A stretch of 64,000 bases of DNA from Clostridia bacterium (GCA_045655005.1 JAZOOJ010000019.1:5416-69415); one strand, 5' to 3'. Shown: positions 8,875 through 19,008, counted from the stretch's first letter. Notes: generated from the letters alone by a model not told the origin. Program-made: numbers and translations.

Positions 8875-11151
8875 ATGAAACAACTTTTAAAAAATATATT
8901 TGCATTATTTGGGTTTTTTACTCTTTTCTATTTCTTACAAAGGGCGTCACTTGCTGAGACCATTGCTCCCTTTGCAGTGTCATTTATTTTTGCATTGTTT
9001 TGTATTGAAAGCCCCAATTTTTGGTTTTTATTAAGTTATTTTGCAAGTGGGCTGTTAAGTCATTTGACTCCGCTTGGCATAGTGATAATAGTTTTACAAG
9101 TTACGTTGATTTTTGCATTAATTATTTTCGAAAGATTTATAAAGACCAAATTAAAACCTTTGGTGTTTGGTGTGGTTTTAGTAATATCTCAAATGCCAGA
9201 AATTTTTATTTTTAGATACAATGGACTTGTTCTTGCTAATTTCTTAATCTCAATAATACTATCCGTTTTGTTCTATTATTTATTTTTAAGATTGATTTAC
9301 GCTGTTAAAAATAGGGGACTTAAATCATCGTTTACCGTCGATGAACTTTTTGGTGTTTTTATTTTGGTGGTGGGCATTACTTTGGGGACTGGGGCTGTTG
9401 AACTTAAAGGCTTTAATTTTGCACTGGTTGTGACCTTGATGGCGTTATTGCTTTTATCTAATTTAACATCAGTATATCCGATGATGTTTTATGCGGTGGC
9501 GTCAGGAGTATCCTTTATGTTGGCTTATAATCAGTCTAACTATTTTGTGATTTTTGTTGTATGGGCATTAGTTTTGGCGTTATTTAAAGACAGTTATAAG
9601 TTGATAACTGTTATAATGATTATATTATCGGATGTTTTATTGGGGGTTGTTTTTAATGTTTACTTGAATTACGGCTTTGCCAATTTTTTAATGGTTGCAA
9701 TTATGGGGGTTGCGTATTTTTGTCTTCCTAAAAAAATTAATAATCAAATAAAAAATAAACTTGAATATGTGCGACCAGACCCAGGACAACTTGATGAAAT
9801 GTTTAGACAAAGTGTTAAAAACAAGTTATCATCGTTTGTGGGTTTGCTTTATGATATTGATTCAATTTATAAAGATATGGTTAGACCTATGAGTGATTTT
9901 ACTAGTGCAAAGTCAGAAATTGCTAAAGATGTGTGCAAAAGGGTGTGCAAAGATTGTATAAATCGAAAAAGTTGTTATGATAAGAATGTGTCAGGAATAG
10001 AGTTCGCAGTTGAAAGTTCCTTAGAAATTGCGATAAAAAAAGGTGAAATAAAGGTTATTGATATGCCTGCAAGCCTTGCAAGGTGCCCTAATTATAGTTT
10101 ATTGGTTGGGAACATAAATCAAGCGTCAAAAAAATATTTAGCATTAATTCGTGAAGCAAGTGCAGAAAATATGGGCAAAATCACGATAGGAAATCAGCTA
10201 AAAGGTGTTGCAGATTCGTTAAGGGATTTCAATTCTTCGTTAACAGAAGATTATCGTGCAGATAGAGAATATGAACAAAAGTATATAAAAGAATTATTGT
10301 ATAATGACATTATTGCCGAAGATTGCCAAATTATTTTTTGTTCAGATGGGAAATTAAAATCGATATCGATTTTGTTAAAGATGTCAAATAATAAAAGTAA
10401 ATTTTTATGTGTTACGCAAAACTTTTTTAAATGTTTTTTAAAGATTAGCGAGAGCAAATATTCTGATAATAGCGGATGGCAGATAGTTTCGCTTACAAAA
10501 AAACCGAGGTATGGATTCGTGTTTGGAAGTGCCACTGTGGGGCATAATGGAAAGATTGTAAATGGTGATTCTCATTCTTGTATACAACTTAGTGGGGATA
10601 GGTATCTATTATCTATCGCAGATGGGAAAGGACATGGAAAAGTGGCGGAGAAAACAAGTAACTTGACAATTTCGTTAATAGAAAAGTTTTTTAAAGCAAA
10701 TATTTCAACCCAAACTGTTGTTACAAGCGTAAATCAAATACTTTCATTTAATAGTACTGAAAATTTTAGTGCAGTTGATTTATGTATAGTAGACCAAAAC
10801 AATGGTAGGGCAGATTTTGTAAAACTTGGCTCAACTCCAACGCTTATTAAACGTGGTGAAAAGGTTAGAATTATTTCAGGTTCTGGGCTTCCAATGGGAG
10901 TTTCGAAAATGGCAACTGCTTTTTACGAATCAGAATTCTTATCGGTTGGAGATATAGTAATTATGACGAGCGATGGCGTGTTTGATGGTTTTGACAGCCC
11001 TGAAAATTTTGCTGGTTTTGTTAACAATTTACGACTTTTAAATATGGATATGTTGGCAAAATGTTTATTAGAAGAATCTATTAAATTAAATGGTGGGAAA
11101 ATTAAAGATGATTTAACAGTTGTGGCTTTTCGTTGGCTTGTTGATTATTAA
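8875..11151 (+). CDS. spoIIE: Stage II sporulation protein E (membrane PP2C phosphatase)
   Basis: 758 aa. About 10 N-terminal TM segments and a C-terminal PP2C region (SIADGKGHG, MTSDGVFDG, DDLTVVAF). It lies next to tilS, as in Bacillus. Confidence 0.9.
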   Translation: MKQLLKNIFALFGFFTLFYFLQRASLAETIAPFAVSFIFALFCIESPNFWFLLSYFASGLLSHLTPLGIVIIVLQVTLIFALIIFERFIKTKLKPLVFGVVLVISQMPEIFIFRYNGLVLANFLISIILSVLFYYLFLRLIYAVKNRGLKSSFTVDELFGVFILVVGITLGTGAVELKGFNFALVVTLMALLLLSNLTSVYPMMFYAVASGVSFMLAYNQSNYFVIFVVWALVLALFKDSYKLITVIMIILSDVLLGVVFNVYLNYGFANFLMVAIMGVAYFCLPKKINNQIKNKLEYVRPDPGQLDEMFRQSVKNKLSSFVGLLYDIDSIYKDMVRPMSDFTSAKSEIAKDVCKRVCKDCINRKSCYDKNVSGIEFAVESSLEIAIKKGEIKVIDMPASLARCPNYSLLVGNINQASKKYLALIREASAENMGKITIGNQLKGVADSLRDFNSSLTEDYRADREYEQKYIKELLYNDIIAEDCQIIFCSDGKLKSISILLKMSNNKSKFLCVTQNFFKCFLKISESKYSDNSGWQIVSLTKKPRYGFVFGSATVGHNGKIVNGDSHSCIQLSGDRYLLSIADGKGHGKVAEKTSNLTISLIEKFFKANISTQTVVTSVNQILSFNSTENFSAVDLCIVDQNNGRADFVKLGSTPTLIKRGEKVRIISGSGLPMGVSKMATAFYESEFLSVGDIVIMTSDGVFDGFDSPENFAGFVNNLRLLNMDMLAKCLLEESIKLNGGKIKDDLTVVAFRWLVDY

Positions 11152-11164
11152 CTTTTAAAAACTA

Positions 11165-11193
11165 TTGCAAGACATAAATTTTTCGTGTATAAT
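11165..11193 (+). promoter_or_regulatory. sigma-A type promoter of tilS
   Basis: TTGCAA (11165-11170), 17 nt spacer, TATAAT (11188-11193). The ATG is at 11204. Confidence 0.55.
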
Positions 11194-11203
11194 TTAGTCA
11201 GTT

Positions 11204-12529
11204 ATGGAAGAAAAGGTTTTAAAGTGTATTTTAGATAATAATTTGATTAAAAATGGCGATAGGGTTGGTGTTGGACTTTCTGGCGGAGGCGACTCTATGG
11301 CGTTGATGTCGTGTTTAATAAAATTGCAGGCAAAAATTGATTTTCAAATTATTGCAATTCATATAAATCACAATTTGCGTGGAGAAGAAGCTCTAAGAGA
11401 TGTTAACTTTGTTGAGAATTTTTGTAAAAAACATAAAATTAGGTGCCTAGTAAGAAGTGTTGATGTAATTGGTTTTGCAAAAGACAACAAACATACGGTT
11501 GAACAGTCTGCAAGGGAACTCAGGTATAATGAGTTTGGGGATATAGTAGAAAGCGAAGGTTTAGATGTAGTAGCACTTGCTCATCATCAAAACGACCAAG
11601 CAGAAACAGTTTTGATGCATATTGGAAGAGGGTGTGGAGTCAGTGGATTAGTTGGAATGAAGTATAAGTCTGGAAATTTCATTCGTCCAATGCTTGATAT
11701 TTCTAAATCTGAGATAGAAGAATATCTTAAAAACGAAAAAATTGACTTTGTAGAAGACAGTTCAAATGAAAGTGATGATTATAAAAGGAACTATGTCAGA
11801 CATAATTTGCTTAAATCCTTTGAAAATGCCTATTCTGGTGCAGTTTTGAATCTTGTAAAATTATCTAAACTTGCGAGTACAGATGAAGACTTTATTCAGT
11901 CAATTTTGCCTTGCGATTTGATTAAGTCAAGAGAAGATGGTGTAATCCTTTTATCCGAAGTGAAAAATTGTCATCTTGCAATTGTTTCAAGACTAATAAG
12001 AAAATGTTTTATTGAACTAAATGCTATTGTTGATGTTGAGTGTTTTCATATTGAAGCCATTTTAAAGTTGTTTGATACGCAAATTGGCAAAAAACTTGAT
12101 ATGCCAAATGGTGTTGTTGCGGTTAAATGTTATGACGGAGTTTTATTTAAAAAGAAAATATTTGAAAAACAAGCGACATTGTCATTTCAATTAGGCGAAT
12201 TCACATTTTGTGGTCAACAATATAAGGTAAACATTACAAATAAAGCAAGTGATGTAGGAAATAATTGTCTATATTTTGATTTAGATAAAATTCCAAGAGA
12301 TGCTGTATGGAGAAATTATTGCAGTGATGATGTTTTTACAAAGTTTGGTGGCGGAAGTAAAAAGGTAAAAGACTATTTAGTTTCAAAAAAAGTAGACTGT
12401 GAAAGAAGAAAAATATTACCATGTTTGTGCGTGGGGAATAAATGCCTATTAATTGCAGGGGTAGAGATATCTAACGATATTAAAACAAACGAAAATACAA
12501 AAAATATAGGTTTTGTGCAAAAAATCTAA
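11204..12529 (+). CDS. tilS: tRNA(Ile)-lysidine synthetase
   Basis: 441 aa with the PP-loop motif GLSGGGDSMAL. spoIIE-tilS synteny. Confidence 0.9.
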   Translation: MEEKVLKCILDNNLIKNGDRVGVGLSGGGDSMALMSCLIKLQAKIDFQIIAIHINHNLRGEEALRDVNFVENFCKKHKIRCLVRSVDVIGFAKDNKHTVEQSARELRYNEFGDIVESEGLDVVALAHHQNDQAETVLMHIGRGCGVSGLVGMKYKSGNFIRPMLDISKSEIEEYLKNEKIDFVEDSSNESDDYKRNYVRHNLLKSFENAYSGAVLNLVKLSKLASTDEDFIQSILPCDLIKSREDGVILLSEVKNCHLAIVSRLIRKCFIELNAIVDVECFHIEAILKLFDTQIGKKLDMPNGVVAVKCYDGVLFKKKIFEKQATLSFQLGEFTFCGQQYKVNITNKASDVGNNCLYFDLDKIPRDAVWRNYCSDDVFTKFGGGSKKVKDYLVSKKVDCERRKILPCLCVGNKCLLIAGVEISNDIKTNENTKNIGFVQKI

Positions 12530-12571
12530 TATTTTGACATAAAAATACAATAATTTGACAAAAATATTGGT

Positions 12572-13675
12572 ATGAAAAAGAAAATCATATCAATATTTTT
12601 TGTTTTAATTGCATTTTTTGTCGTAAGTGGTTCAACACTTGTGGTAAACAATAATTTTGCATATTCAAGAAAATATGAGATTGAAACAAAGGGTGTGTCG
12701 GTTGAAAGAGTGTATTTTAAAGTCCGTGACGGAATTACTGAAAGACTTGATAAAATGGCGTTAAAACTGAAAAGTATGGGTTTTAATGATAGTGTAATTA
12801 CAAAGTATCTTTTCACAAACTACGAAGAAGTTATTAAGTCTTTGCAGGCTGAGAATATCGAAGTTGTTAATTCTGAAATTGTATTAGAGGGAAATAGAAT
12901 TTATCCAACGCAAGAATCAAATGGAAAAATTGTGCAAATCGACAAACTTGATAGTTTAATTGTATCAAAAGTGCTTTCAAATGAGCCTTTTTTAGAAGTT
13001 CCTTTTGAAACAATTGAAGCGTCAAGCACATATGCTGAGAATTTGGCGTTTTGTAATCTAAAATCTTATTTTACAACCCCAATAAGGGGCATAAACCAAG
13101 AGGGGAGAATACACAATATTGGAGTTGCATTATCTAAATTTGATGGAATGAGAATTGAACCAAACGAGGTTGTTTCATTTAATAAAGTTATTGGTAATAC
13201 AACGCAAGAGAATGGATATGCACTTGCAAAAGTAATAATTAATGGAAAGTATGAAGATGACTTTGGTGGTGGAGTATGTCAGGCGTCAACAACTCTTTAC
13301 AATGCATTACTTTTGGCCGATGTTGAGGTAATGCAAGCAAATCCGCATAGTTTAAAAGTGGGTTATGTTGAGGGTGCTTTTGATGCTATGGTTTCTTATG
13401 GTATAAGTGACTTGATTTTTAAAAACAATACGGGTGGACCATTGTTTATTACGACATTTTGTAATAGCGACAGTTGTGGGGCAACTATCTTTGGCTCGGA
13501 AAATGAATTTGATATTGTAAGACGCTCGGAAATTGTTGACTTTGATAGTGAGAAATTTCCAAAAATAAGTTCAAAATATGAGAGTTTTTTAGATTACTAT
13601 AAAAATGGCGAAAAGAAGTTTGAAAAGAGAATAAGGAAAGACAATTATTATAAATTAAATGTAGAAAGTGTTTAA
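12572..13675 (+). CDS. VanW family protein (signal-anchored)
   Basis: 367 aa with an N-terminal TM segment and the VanW core GGGVCQASTTLYNALLLA. Confidence 0.8.
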   Translation: MKKKIISIFFVLIAFFVVSGSTLVVNNNFAYSRKYEIETKGVSVERVYFKVRDGITERLDKMALKLKSMGFNDSVITKYLFTNYEEVIKSLQAENIEVVNSEIVLEGNRIYPTQESNGKIVQIDKLDSLIVSKVLSNEPFLEVPFETIEASSTYAENLAFCNLKSYFTTPIRGINQEGRIHNIGVALSKFDGMRIEPNEVVSFNKVIGNTTQENGYALAKVIINGKYEDDFGGGVCQASTTLYNALLLADVEVMQANPHSLKVGYVEGAFDAMVSYGISDLIFKNNTGGPLFITTFCNSDSCGATIFGSENEFDIVRRSEIVDFDSEKFPKISSKYESFLDYYKNGEKKFEKRIRKDNYYKLNVESV

Positions 13676-13720
13676 AAATTAAGATTTTGGGAAAGATTGC
13701 TTTTGAAGGAGATTGAATTT

Positions 13721-13975
13721 ATGAGAAAAGCAACCCAAACAATAAGCGAAATCATAGACAAAATTAAGTCTATGCAAGGAAAAGATGTTGATATGGAAGT
13801 AAACAGGGGAAGAAAAAGAATTGAAAAATACGTAGCGGTTATAGATAAAATCTATCCAAGCGTTTTTACGGTATCAATCAAAGAACCTGCTGGGAATAAC
13901 AATCAAAGTTATAGTTATTCAGATGTTTTATGTGGTGATGTTAAAATAAAACAAAAACAAATTAAATTAAGTTAG
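13721..13975 (+). CDS. veg: Veg family protein
   Basis: The start is refined to ATG 13721, which has GAAGGAG 8 nt upstream. NRGRKRIEKYVAVIDKIYPSVFTVSI....SYSYSDVL matches Bacillus Veg (GGRRK..E..G.....YPSVF......SYSY.D.L). Confidence 0.85.
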   Translation: MRKATQTISEIIDKIKSMQGKDVDMEVNRGRKRIEKYVAVIDKIYPSVFTVSIKEPAGNNNQSYSYSDVLCGDVKIKQKQIKLS

Positions 13976-14038
13976 TCATAAAAGCCGGTCCTTTATACTA
14001 GAATGTATTATCACAAAATTTAAGGAGGACGACAGAGG

Positions 14039-15538
14039 GTGGCAAGTGTTGCATCGACAAAGAAAGTGGCTAATAAGAGTTTGGTAAAAACTCTTGAATT
14101 GAAGACCAGTTGCAGTTATCAAACAGAAGATGGGAAGTTTATAGATAAAATTTTGGACGGAATTGCAAGTGTTTCTATTGAAACAAGTGAAAAAGTGGGA
14201 GACTTTTTGCAGTTCGCAGGAAAAGTAAATTTAACAAGTGTTTTTGTAGATAGCGAAAAGCAACTTGGTAGCGAAAAAATCGAAAGTAATTTTTCAGAGA
14301 AAGTGCAAATAGGTGATGTTGATGCTACTGCAATTATCCCCAAAATTATTTCGGTTAAACAAAGGCGAGAAACTTCAAATTATGTAGATTGCACAATAAT
14401 TTTAACTATTGAAATTTATGGAGTTTTGCAAGAAACAATTGCGTATGTTGATGCTGGAAATGTAGGATTGGTAGAAAAGACCAAAGTGATTGAGGCTGAA
14501 AGTTTATTGTGCTTCAATAATACTACATTTAATTTAAACGATGAAATTGAAAGCGTTGACCATATTGACAGAGTTATTGCAAACTATACAACCGTTGCTA
14601 TCAACAAGGTGGTTCCAAATGGAAACTATGTAATTGTGGACGGCGAATTGTACAGAGATGTACTTTATGTTTCAGAGGGGATAACAAAAAAATTGCAAAA
14701 GCGTAACGACTTTACGCAAGAAGTTGCTCTGTTAAATTGTAGTGATGACACGATAATATCTTCCAAAATTTACCTTGCAAACGAAAGCCTTTCATTAGAT
14801 TTAAGCGATGATGGCTTAAAATCGGTAATTACTTTTAACACCAACATTTCTGCGTCGGTTTGGGGATTTGAAAAGACCAAGTTTAATTGCTTAGAAGACG
14901 TTTATTCTACCAAAAAAGAACTTGAAATCAAACATTCTTCATACACAAATATTATGCAGTATAATTCAATATTTGCAAGTGAAAATCTTTTATCCAATAT
15001 TGATATGTCTGACAAAAAGAGAATTGATGAGATTGTGTCAATTGGTTCAAGCAGTGTTTCAATTAATAGCATAGTCACTGAAAATTCGGTATGCAAGATA
15101 GGCGGAGTGATTACGCAGAAAATAATTGCCAAAAATTATGATAATGACGATATATTCTCAACCGAAGTAGAAGTACCATATTCTACACAAATTAACTTGA
15201 ATATCGAAGACGATTCCGATTGTTGTTCATATGTTGTTGCGAGATGCGTAAATGCAAAAAACAAGGCTGGAAAAGAATTGAGTTTAACCTATGAAATCAA
15301 TATTATGTCAGACATAGTGCAGAAAAAAATAGAAAGTTATATCTCAGAATGCAATGAGTTGACAGATAAAGTATCGTCAAATCATAGTATTGTAATTTAT
15401 ATGCCTGAAAAAAATGAAAAAATATTTGACATTGCGAAAAAATTAAGCGTAACACCAGAAGTAATGCTTGCCCAAAATCCGGGAATCTCTGACAATGAGC
15501 CTATTTCAAAAATTATCTTATTTAAAAGCGTAAAATAA
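14039..15538 (+). CDS. Large sporulation-associated protein, possibly DUF3794/SPOCS repeats with a C-terminal LysM-like segment
   Basis: 499 aa, GTG start with AGGAGG 10 nt upstream. The C-terminus IVIYMPEKNEKIFDIAKKLSVTPEVMLAQNPGI resembles LysM. The DUF3794 assignment is from memory of similar Clostridial proteins and is weak. Confidence 0.35.
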   Translation: MASVASTKKVANKSLVKTLELKTSCSYQTEDGKFIDKILDGIASVSIETSEKVGDFLQFAGKVNLTSVFVDSEKQLGSEKIESNFSEKVQIGDVDATAIIPKIISVKQRRETSNYVDCTIILTIEIYGVLQETIAYVDAGNVGLVEKTKVIEAESLLCFNNTTFNLNDEIESVDHIDRVIANYTTVAINKVVPNGNYVIVDGELYRDVLYVSEGITKKLQKRNDFTQEVALLNCSDDTIISSKIYLANESLSLDLSDDGLKSVITFNTNISASVWGFEKTKFNCLEDVYSTKKELEIKHSSYTNIMQYNSIFASENLLSNIDMSDKKRIDEIVSIGSSSVSINSIVTENSVCKIGGVITQKIIAKNYDNDDIFSTEVEVPYSTQINLNIEDDSDCCSYVVARCVNAKNKAGKELSLTYEINIMSDIVQKKIESYISECNELTDKVSSNHSIVIYMPEKNEKIFDIAKKLSVTPEVMLAQNPGISDNEPISKIILFKSVK

Positions 15539-15549
15539 ATATCATACAA

Positions 15550-15585
15550 AAAACAGCACCCCTTCGATTTTGGAGTGCTGTTTGT
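15550..15585. terminator. Bidirectional terminator between the 14039-15538 gene (+) and glpK (-)
   Basis: Hairpin acagcacccc / ggagtgctgt, flanked by an A-run and a T-run. Confidence 0.65.
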
Positions 15586-15635
15586 CTAAGTGGCATAATT
15601 AAATATGTTTAAATTGTATATCTTAAATTTTTTTA

Positions 15636-17120
15636 TTAATTTGCATTGAATTGTAGGCGGTTTAGAAGTTTTTTGTGCCAATAGGTATACATTCTTTTTG
15701 CATAGCCTTCAAGTTCTGGGTCTGGCTCGAATGTTTTTGAATGAGATACAAGTGTTGTTATATCTGAAAGTGATTTAATAACCCCAGATGCAAGCATTGC
15801 AAGATAAGTCGCTCCCATTGCTGTGCTTTCTGGTTCGCTTGAACGATGTACAACTATTTTTGCCGTGCAAGAGATTAAGTCTAATAAATAATCGGATTTA
15901 CTAACTCCGCCATCGCAGGTGATTTCCTTTACATTAACTTTTTTGGTTTTTAATTCATCAAGGATTTCTTGAAGCGAAAAGGCAAAACTTTCAATCGTAG
16001 CTTTTGTAATCTTGTTTTTGTCGGTATCAAAGGTCATTTCAGATATTGACCCTCTTAAATTCCCGTTCCAATAAGGGGCTCCAATTCCTGTAAATGTTGG
16101 GAAGAAGCAAACTCCGTCGCTTTTTGTTGTGTGACAAATAGTGTCAAGTTCAGAAAAACTATCAAACATATTTAGTGTGTTTTTAATGAAGTTTAGGGCA
16201 CTTCCGCAATTAAAAATGCTCCCCTCAATGGCATAAGTTGTTTTGCCTTTGATTGAGTATGCAATAGTATTTAACAATTTGTCGTTGTTTTCAACAATTT
16301 TGTTTCCGGTGTTAACAAGTAAAAATCCGCCGGTACCATATGTCATTTTTGCAGTCTTTGGTATGATTGTTCCTTGACCTACAAGGCTGGATTGTTGGTC
16401 GCCAATAACGGAAAGAATTGGTAGGTTTTCGCCGGAGATAACATCGGTTCCAAAATTATCGACCGAATTTAAAATTTTTGGCAAGTAGGCAGGCTTTAAA
16501 CCCCAAAATTTCAAAAGTTCACCATCATATTCAAAAGGTTTTGTAAGGTCTACAAGCATAGTTCTTGATGCGTTTGAAGTATCAGTTACAAAAGATTTTC
16601 CGCCGGTTAATTTGTAAACTAGCATTGCGTCGATTGTACCAAAATGCAAGTTTCCATTTTTCAATGCCTTTTTTACATTTTCGTTGTTTTCAAGTAGCCA
16701 TTTCATTTTACTTGCACTAAAATAACTGTCCATAATAAGACCTGTTTTGGCTTGAATTCTTGCTTTTGTGCTGTCGTTTATGCTATCGCAAAATTCGGTA
16801 GTCCTTTTGCATTGCCAACTAATAATTGGGGCGAGTTGGTTGCCGTTATCATCAAAAGAACAAACGGCTTCACGCTGGTTGGTAATTCCAATACCAAAGG
16901 TGTTTTTGTTGGTGAGTTTATGCTTTTTGATAAGATATAAGAGAGAAGTTTTAACATTTTGCCAAACTTCTTCGGCGTCTTGCTCGACCCAGCCCGCAAA
17001 GGGATAGAAACTTTTTATTGGAAGACTGTGGCTGTCAACGATTTTTTTTGAGTTGGTATCGTAAAGAATGACTCTTTCGCTGGTTGTTCCCTCGTCGATG
17101 GTTAGGATATATTGGCTCAT
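15636..17120 (-). CDS. glpK: Glycerol kinase
   Basis: The start is refined to the ATG at 17120 (GGAGG 8 nt upstream), giving MSQYILTIDEGTTSERVILYD. Motifs GDQQSSLVGQG and TYGTGGFLL. The ORF-track TTG start at 17162 adds 14 unlikely residues. Confidence 0.93.
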   Translation of the reverse strand: MSQYILTIDEGTTSERVILYDTNSKKIVDSHSLPIKSFYPFAGWVEQDAEEVWQNVKTSLLYLIKKHKLTNKNTFGIGITNQREAVCSFDDNGNQLAPIISWQCKRTTEFCDSINDSTKARIQAKTGLIMDSYFSASKMKWLLENNENVKKALKNGNLHFGTIDAMLVYKLTGGKSFVTDTSNASRTMLVDLTKPFEYDGELLKFWGLKPAYLPKILNSVDNFGTDVISGENLPILSVIGDQQSSLVGQGTIIPKTAKMTYGTGGFLLVNTGNKIVENNDKLLNTIAYSIKGKTTYAIEGSIFNCGSALNFIKNTLNMFDSFSELDTICHTTKSDGVCFFPTFTGIGAPYWNGNLRGSISEMTFDTDKNKITKATIESFAFSLQEILDELKTKKVNVKEITCDGGVSKSDYLLDLISCTAKIVVHRSSEPESTAMGATYLAMLASGVIKSLSDITTLVSHSKTFEPDPELEGYAKRMYTYWHKKLLNRLQFNAN

Positions 17121-17244
17121 AATTATTGACCTCCAAAATCTTTTATTCATACAATATAGCAATTATAGTGTAGCAAAAACAAAACATAGTCGCAAATGAT
17201 TTTAATATAGTAATAAAAAATATTAATTTTTTCATTATTGAATA

Positions 17245-17273
17245 TTGACAAATTGGTAATTTTGTGTGATACT
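17245..17273 (+). promoter_or_regulatory. sigma-A type promoter of the 17314 gene
   Basis: TTGACA (17245-17250), 17 nt spacer, TGtGATACT with the -10 hexamer at 17268-17273. Confidence 0.5.
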
Positions 17274-17313
17274 ACAAGTCTAATATTAATTTACTAAAAA
17301 GAGGGGTTTTTAT

Positions 17314-17616
17314 ATGAATTGTAATTTGCCAAAAGGTTTTAAAGCAAGTGTTTCAGACAGGGCAGGGTTTGATAGTCCAAGGCAATACGTAATCAGAAGT
17401 ATGCCACAAATCGACAGAAGAAATGTACCTATGGGGTTTAATGAGAGCCCAATGATGTCTTACGGCACAGGAAAAAACTATAATTTTACTAATAGTGCAA
17501 GGTTAAGACGAAATGCGCAAGCTCGTAATAACAGAAATGCGACAAGAAAGAGCGAAAGTGCAAGAAGTTTTGCAAGAATAGTTGCAAAGTATAACTCTGA
17601 AGAATCTGAGATGTAG
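17314..17616 (+). CDS. Hypothetical small basic Asn/Arg-rich protein
   Basis: 100 aa with GAGGGG RBS and its own promoter. I recognise no motif. Confidence 0.5.
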   Translation: MNCNLPKGFKASVSDRAGFDSPRQYVIRSMPQIDRRNVPMGFNESPMMSYGTGKNYNFTNSARLRRNAQARNNRNATRKSESARSFARIVAKYNSEESEM

Positions 17617-17707
17617 TTTTTTATTAAAAAATAACTATTCATCAACAAATTTTAATAAAATTCGTACAAATTTTGTTAAAAAAATGGTCTATAAATTTTA
17701 AAAACCA

Positions 17708-17736
17708 TTGACAAAATAATTTTTGTATGATAAATT
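17708..17736 (+). promoter_or_regulatory. sigma-A type promoter of rpmG-secE-nusG
   Basis: TTGACA (17708-17713), 17 nt spacer, TGaTAAATT with the -10 hexamer at 17731-17736. Confidence 0.5.
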
Positions 17737-17789
17737 ATATATACACTCGCCTTGATTAGGGGGTGTTAATTTTTTGGGAGAAATTTTTT

Positions 17790-17939
17790 ATGAGAACAAA
17801 GATCACATTAGAATGTACAGAATGTAAAGAAAGAAATTACGATAATTACAAAAACAAGAAGAATGACCCAGACCGTATTGAAATGAAGAAATACTGTTCA
17901 AGATGTCAAAAGCATACTGTTCATAAGGAAACAAAGTAA
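17790..17939 (+). CDS. rpmG: 50S ribosomal protein L33 (49 aa, below the ORF-track cut-off)
   Basis: Hand translation gives [49 protein letters not shown], with a CxxC...CxxC zinc ribbon. GGGAG RBS. Canonical position before secE-nusG. Confidence 0.93.
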   Translation: MRTKITLECTECKERNYDNYKNKKNDPDRIEMKKYCSRCQKHTVHKETK

Positions 17940-17965
17940 TTATTTTCTAATAGGGGGTATTTCTG

Positions 17966-18331
17966 GTGGCAAAACACAATCAGAAATCTAATGCAAAAGT
18001 TAAAGACGAAGACAAAAATTTGGTTGAAGAAACAGTAGAAATGGAAGAAACTGAAACAACAGAAGTTGCAGAAGAAACGGTCGCAATTGACAAAAAAGTT
18101 GCTAAGGCTGAAAAGAAACAAAAAACTGCAAAAGTTAAAGTTAACAGAGAACCAAGAAAAAGCAAATTTAAAGAAGTTTTTGCAGAGCTCAAAAAGGTTA
18201 ACTGGCCATCATTTGGAAAAACAATGAAGCAAACAGGAATGGTGCTTTCAATTGTTTTGATTTTTGGTGTAGTTGTTTTAGGATTCGATACACTTATCAG
18301 CTGGCTTTTAGGTCTGCTAACAAAAATTTAG
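17966..18331 (+). CDS. secE: Preprotein translocase subunit SecE with a long Lys/Glu-rich N-terminal extension
   Basis: GTG start. The C-terminal 55 aa, FKEVFAELKKVNWPSFGKTMKQTGMVLSIVLIFGVVVLGFD, form the SecE core. No alternative start codon precedes the core. Confidence 0.85.
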   Translation: MAKHNQKSNAKVKDEDKNLVEETVEMEETETTEVAEETVAIDKKVAKAEKKQKTAKVKVNREPRKSKFKEVFAELKKVNWPSFGKTMKQTGMVLSIVLIFGVVVLGFDTLISWLLGLLTKI

Positions 18332-18356
18332 TCTGGTCTTAATGAGGTAAATATTA

Positions 18357-18893
18357 ATGGATGATAATATGAACGAACGTGAAGAGGCTAAGTGGTACGT
18401 CTTGCATACCTTTTCTGGGTATGAAAATATGGTACAAGACAACCTCTATAAAGTTATTGAAAAAAATAATCTAGAAGAAGATATTTTAGAAGTTCAAATT
18501 CCAATGGAAGATACCATTGAAGAAAAGAACGGAAAAAGAAAAGTTGTTCAAAGAAAGATGTTTCCTTGTTATGTTCTTGTGAAAATGAGATATAGGGATT
18601 CACTTTGGCATACAATTGTCAACACTCGTGGTGTTACTGGTTTTGTTGGACCTGCAGGTCGTCCATTGCCATTAACAGAAGATGAAATCAGAAGAATGCG
18701 ACTTGAAAAAGTCAATGTTGATATTAAGATCAACATTAATGACAAGGTTAAAGTTGTCGGTGGTCCATTTGACGGATTCGCTGGTGATGTTGTTGAAGTT
18801 GATTCTGAAAATCAAATTTGCAAAGTTATGGTTTCAATGATGGGAAGACAAACTCCATTGGAATTGGAATTTTCTCAAATTGAATTAATTTAA
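18357..18893 (+). CDS. nusG: Transcription termination/antitermination factor NusG
   Basis: NGN domain (WYVLHTFSGYEN) and KOW motif (VKVVGGPFDGFAGDVVEV). Confidence 0.95.
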   Translation: MDDNMNEREEAKWYVLHTFSGYENMVQDNLYKVIEKNNLEEDILEVQIPMEDTIEEKNGKRKVVQRKMFPCYVLVKMRYRDSLWHTIVNTRGVTGFVGPAGRPLPLTEDEIRRMRLEKVNVDIKININDKVKVVGGPFDGFAGDVVEVDSENQICKVMVSMMGRQTPLELEFSQIELI

Positions 18894-19008
18894 TTTGATT
18901 TTATCTGGCTTAACGTCAGTTAAAATATATGTGGGAGAAGTAAATTTTTCTATGCTTCGGTTAAAACCACAAATTATCCATTTAAGAAATGGGTAAAGGA
19001 GATTTATT

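Noticed and set aside
18894-19008. L1-binding autoregulatory leader upstream of rplK
   Set aside because: It is plausible by analogy (it contains gtgggagaag), but I cannot demonstrate the rRNA-mimic structure by eye, so I did not report it as a feature.
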